A stretch of 39,859 nucleotides of DNA from contig CAMBYS010000001.1 of the NCBI GenBank assembly GCA_945872165.1, positions 1 to 39,859 of the forward strand, given 5' to 3'. The translations under genes were made by a program, and so were the position numbers. This stretch comes from an uncultured Clostridia bacterium (GTDB lineage Bacteria > Bacillota > Clostridia > Oscillospirales > Butyricicoccaceae). Below, one piece after another: positions 36,151 through 39,859 of the stretch. The notes below the pieces were generated by a model. That model was not told the DNA's origin, made no database searches, and saw nothing but the letters and a program-made list of their open reading frames with translations. Position 1 is the first letter of the stretch. Each line of letters begins with the position of its first letter.

Positions 36151-39106
36151 TGTTTCTTCCCTCCTCTACAGCAGCAATCATACTGCGGATACGAATTTTC
36201 GCCGCACCCAGATTGTTGATTTCATCAATTTTCAGCTGGGTATAAATCTTTCCGCCTTCCTCTGTAATGGCACGCATTTCATCTGTCGTAATGGCGTCAA
36301 TACCACAGCCAAAGGATACCAGCTGGATGATCTGTGCATCCGGCCGCTTTACTGCCCAGTTTGCAGCGGCATACATACGGGAATGATAGGTCCACTGGTT
36401 CAGGACATTGACCACCGGCATCTCACCCAGTGGTGCCACAGCATCCTCAGATACAATCACCATGCCATAGGACTGAATCAAGCGGTCAATGCCATGATTG
36501 ATTTCCGGGTCAATATGATACGGACGGCCTGCCAGAACCGCAATATCCAGTCCATGCTCCTCCGCATAGGCAATTGCCTTTTTGCCCTCTGCCGCAACAT
36601 CTGCATAATAACGGTCCAGCTCGGAATAAGCTGCCAGTGCGGCTTCCTTTACCATGCGCTTATTGATATGCTTATATTTTTTGGTAAACAGCTCTGTTGC
36701 CGACTTGATAAAATCCTTCTGCCGTCCCAGCTCATAGTACGGCATCATGAAGTCCACATCCTTCAGATGGTTCATATTGGCCTTGAGCAGCTCCGGATAG
36801 TAGGCAACCACCGGACAATTGTAACAGTTTGCCGTGCGATGCTCATCCAGATTATAGGTCATGCAGGGATAGAAAATGGCATCCACACCCTTGCTGAGCA
36901 GATTTTCAATATGTCCATGTATCAGCTTTGCCGGATAGCATACGGTATCCGACGGAATACTGTTCTGTCCCAAAGCATACATGGAGCGGGTGGATACATC
37001 AGACAGTACCACCTCAAAGCCCAGCCGGGTCAGGAAGGTATGCCAGAAGGGCAGCAGCTCAAACATATTCAGACCAAAGGGAATGCCCATCCGTGCCACG
37101 GCTTTGCCCTGAGGATTTTTATCCCGGTATTCCTGCAGCCGCTGGAGCTTATAGTCATACAGATTCGGCAGCTTAAGCTTGTCACCGCCGCCCAATGGAC
37201 GCTCACACCGGTTGCCGGAAATAAATTTCCGTCCGCCCGGGAACATGGAAACTGTCAAAGAGCAATGGTTGGTACACAGACCGCACTTGACGGTATTGGA
37301 GGTATGGGTAAAGTGCTCCAGCTCCTCCGGAGAAATCAATGTGGAGGTTTCCTTCACATTTGCCTTTGCATGCAATGCGGCACCATAAGCGCCCATCAGA
37401 CCGGAAATTGCCGGACGGGTGACATTTCTGCCGATTTCAATTTCAAAGGAACGCAGAATCGCGTCATTCAGGAAGGTACCGCCCTGTACCACAATATGCT
37501 TGCCCAAATCATCCGGCGAATGGGCACGGATGACCTTATACAGCGCATTTTTCACGACGCTGACAGACAAGCCGGCGGAAATGGCATCAATGCCTGCACC
37601 ATCCTTCTGTGCCTGCTTGACAGAGGAGTTCATAAATACAGTGCAGCGGGAGCCCAGATCAATCGGATGCTCCGCAAACAAACCCAAACGGCAGAAATCC
37701 TCAATGCTGTAACCCATGGAACGGGCAAAGGTTTCAATAAACGAACCACAGCCGGAGGAGCATGCCTCATTGAGGGAAATATTATCAATACAATTGTTGG
37801 CAATTTTAAAGCATTTGATGTCCTGACCGCCGATGTCAATGATAAAATCAACATTGGGTTCAAAATGCCGTGCTGCCTTGAAATGTGCCATGGTCTCTAC
37901 CAGACCGAAATCTACGCCGAAGGCATTGAGAATCAGGGCTTCACCATAACCGGTGACAGCAGAACCGGCAATCGTAATACGGTCTCCGCACAGCTCATAC
38001 AGCTTCATCAACTGTTCCCGTACTACATCCACCGGATTACCCTTATTGGGGCTGTAATAGTTAAACAGCAGCTGGTTGTCCTCACCGATCAGAACCAGCT
38101 TGGTGGTAGTAGAACCGCAGTCAATGCCCAGATAGGCCTTACCGCTGTACATGGTGACATTTTCCCGCATGATATCGCTGGAATTATGCCGCTCACGGAA
38201 TGCCCGGTATTCTTCTTCATTGCGGAACAGCGGGTCCAGTGTTGCGGTTTTTACCGGCTCACCTGCCGCACGCTCCAGAGTATCCAACAGCTCCTCATAG
38301 CTGTATGCTTTGCCATTGGTATCCTTTGCATAGACTGCTGCACCGGCAGCAATCGCATAGGGTGCCAATTCCGGAAAATGGGCATGCTCATCCGCCAGCT
38401 TCAGGGTTTCCTGGAACCGTTTCTGCAGACCCTTAAAGAAAAACAGCGGGCCGCCCAGGAACAGGACATCACCTTCAATATCGCGGCCCTGTGCCAGACC
38501 TGCCACAGTCTGATTGACAACAGCCTGGAAAATGGAAGCTGCCACATCTTCCTTGCGTGCGCCTTCATTCAGCAGCGGCTGGATATCACTTTTGGCAAAT
38601 ACGCCGCAGCGGGAGGCAATGGTATAAATCCGTTCTGCATGGAGGGACAGACGATCCAGCTCATTGGGCTGAACATCCAGCAGAACTGCCATCTGGTCGA
38701 TGAACGCGCCGGTACCGCCTGCACAGGAACCATTCATGCGTTCCTCCAGCTGTCCGGTGAGGAAAACAATCTTGGCATCCTCGCCGCCCAGCTCAATGAC
38801 CACATCTGCCTTCGGCACAAAGGTGCCTACACATTTCCGGGTTGCAAATACCTCCTGCACAAAATCAACGCCACTGGCCCTGGCTACGCCAAGACCTGCC
38901 GATCCGGTGATTGCCGCCTGGATAGATGCGGTTCCAATGACTTTTTTCGCATCCCGGAGCATTTCACAGGCCTTTTCACGTACCTTGGAAAAATGACGTT
39001 CGTACTTCTGATACAGAATTTCCAGACAGCCGGTTTTCTCATTTTCACCGGCTGCCACCATTTTTACGGTTGTCGAACCAATATCAATTCCTAAATACAC
39101 ATTCAT
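36134..39106 (-). CDS. Acyl-CoA dehydratase activase-related protein (two BadF/BadG/BcrA/BcrD ATPase domains plus DUF2229-like domain)
   Basis: GIDIGSTTVK and GIDCGSTTTK, ELGGEDAK and DIGGQDIK, CAGGTG and CSSGCG, SRCGVF and SRCTVF, TVCYPAK, SFGCGIDA. Confidence 0.9.
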   Translation of the reverse strand: MNVYLGIDIGSTTVKMVAAGENEKTGCLEILYQKYERHFSKVREKACEMLRDAKKVIGTASIQAAITGSAGLGVARASGVDFVQEVFATRKCVGTFVPKADVVIELGGEDAKIVFLTGQLEERMNGSCAGGTGAFIDQMAVLLDVQPNELDRLSLHAERIYTIASRCGVFAKSDIQPLLNEGARKEDVAASIFQAVVNQTVAGLAQGRDIEGDVLFLGGPLFFFKGLQKRFQETLKLADEHAHFPELAPYAIAAGAAVYAKDTNGKAYSYEELLDTLERAAGEPVKTATLDPLFRNEEEYRAFRERHNSSDIMRENVTMYSGKAYLGIDCGSTTTKLVLIGEDNQLLFNYYSPNKGNPVDVVREQLMKLYELCGDRITIAGSAVTGYGEALILNAFGVDFGLVETMAHFKAARHFEPNVDFIIDIGGQDIKCFKIANNCIDNISLNEACSSGCGSFIETFARSMGYSIEDFCRLGLFAEHPIDLGSRCTVFMNSSVKQAQKDGAGIDAISAGLSVSVVKNALYKVIRAHSPDDLGKHIVVQGGTFLNDAILRSFEIEIGRNVTRPAISGLMGAYGAALHAKANVKETSTLISPEELEHFTHTSNTVKCGLCTNHCSLTVSMFPGGRKFISGNRCERPLGGGDKLKLPNLYDYKLQRLQEYRDKNPQGKAVARMGIPFGLNMFELLPFWHTFLTRLGFEVVLSDVSTRSMYALGQNSIPSDTVCYPAKLIHGHIENLLSKGVDAIFYPCMTYNLDEHRTANCYNCPVVAYYPELLKANMNHLKDVDFMMPYYELGRQKDFIKSATELFTKKYKHINKRMVKEAALAAYSELDRYYADVAAEGKKAIAYAEEHGLDIAVLAGRPYHIDPEINHGIDRLIQSYGMVIVSEDAVAPLGEMPVVNVLNQWTYHSRMYAAANWAVKRPDAQIIQLVSFGCGIDAITTDEMRAITEEGGKIYTQLKIDEINNLGAAKIRIRSMIAAVEEGRNNAGKS

Positions 39107-39310
39107 AAAATAACCTTTTTCCCTGCAGCCCCGGCCACTGGTCAGACCTGCACGCCAAATTCAATCAAAATAAGAAATCATTAACACCATATTAATCATT
39201 TTTACAGAAATAGTCAACATTTCTGCGGTGTGTTCCATATAAAATCAGATATCTTTACAAAATTGAAACACCTTCGACACAATTCTGAGAACCGTTTGCA
39301 TAAACGACAG

Positions 39311-39342
39311 AAGAAGGCTGACAGTCTCGAACTGCCAGCCTC
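39311..39342 (-). terminator. Probable terminator after the adenylate-forming gene
   Basis: Minus strand AGGCTGGCAG-TTCGAGA-CTGTCAGCCT-TCTT. Confidence 0.6.
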
Positions 39343-39363
39343 AACATACGCTGTGTATAACAA

Positions 39364-39859
39364 TTAGTCCTGCAGCTTGGAACGATCCAGCTTGCCGTTT
39401 TCATTCATCGGAAGGGAATCAATGATGCGGACAATACCCGGAATCATATGGGACGGCAGATGGTTTCGCGCTGCTGCACGAATCTGTCCCGGTGTCATTT
39501 CCCGGTTAATGGTCACATATGCCACCAGATTGCCGTAACGTTCCACAACGCCGCAGCCGGTAACACCCTTGATACGTGTCATGCTGTTTTCCACATCGCC
39601 AGGCTCCATACGGTTGCCCTTTACCTTAATCATACCGTTCATACGGTTGTTCCAGAACAGATATTTGCCATCCTCTGTCTTAAAGCCAATATCACCGGTA
39701 TGATATGCCCGTTCGCCATCCAGCTCACAATATCCACCCGGAATGCCGCTGCGATAGCCTGCGGTAATGCTGTCACCCACAAGGATAATTTCGCCTTCCT
39801 CGCCGTTGGGAACCTCAGCATCATTCTTCATAATGCGGATTTTTACTGCAGCGGTATCC
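39364..39859 (-). CDS. AMP-binding (ANL superfamily) adenylate-forming enzyme, C-terminal part; 5' end outside window
   Basis: GEIILVG...GY, YHTGD, IKVKGNRME, LPSHMIP, LPMNENGKLDR; frame is open to the window edge. Confidence 0.85.
   Translation of the reverse strand, partial: DTAAVKIRIMKNDAEVPNGEEGEIILVGDSITAGYRSGIPGGYCELDGERAYHTGDIGFKTEDGKYLFWNNRMNGMIKVKGNRMEPGDVENSMTRIKGVTGCGVVERYGNLVAYVTINREMTPGQIRAAARNHLPSHMIPGIVRIIDSLPMNENGKLDRSKLQD

Noticed and set aside
36104-39094. 996-aa plus-strand ORF
   Set aside because: Antisense shadow of the activase gene; no recognisable motifs.

Overview
Mostly core chromosome of an anaerobic, spore-forming Clostridia-class bacterium (Oscillospiraceae/Butyricicoccus-like by gene content; inference). 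In order: a dacB-ytfJ-ytfI-scpB-scpA-site-2 protease cluster; HIT, FkbM methyltransferase and ArsC/Spx genes; prfC; BirA-controlled bioY; AraC, NUDIX, M20 amidohydrolase and EamA genes; butyryl-CoA:acetate CoA-transferase; a class III ribonucleotide reductase operon; thiM-thiE-HAD; an AEC transporter; rubredoxin; lysine-riboswitch-controlled asd-dapA-dapB; queA-tgt; a cobalamin-riboswitch operon (lipoprotein CbiK, two-domain lipoprotein, ABC importer, AEC transporter); a two-gene BadF/BadG-type activase/dehydratase-like system; and the 3' end of an adenylate-forming enzyme. No transposase, integrase, phage gene, tRNA, rRNA or CRISPR array was seen. The most striking observation is a split class III RNR. 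The 778-aa NrdD has no intact glycyl-radical motif, only a degenerate copy with Val at the Gly position. The intact RRITGYL radical domain is a separate 61-aa gene with its own strong RBS between nrdD and nrdG. Two stand-alone promoter-to-terminator non-coding transcription units (about 14863-14630 on minus, about 6383-6524 on plus) are candidate small RNAs. All calls come from manual motif reading; no searches were run.
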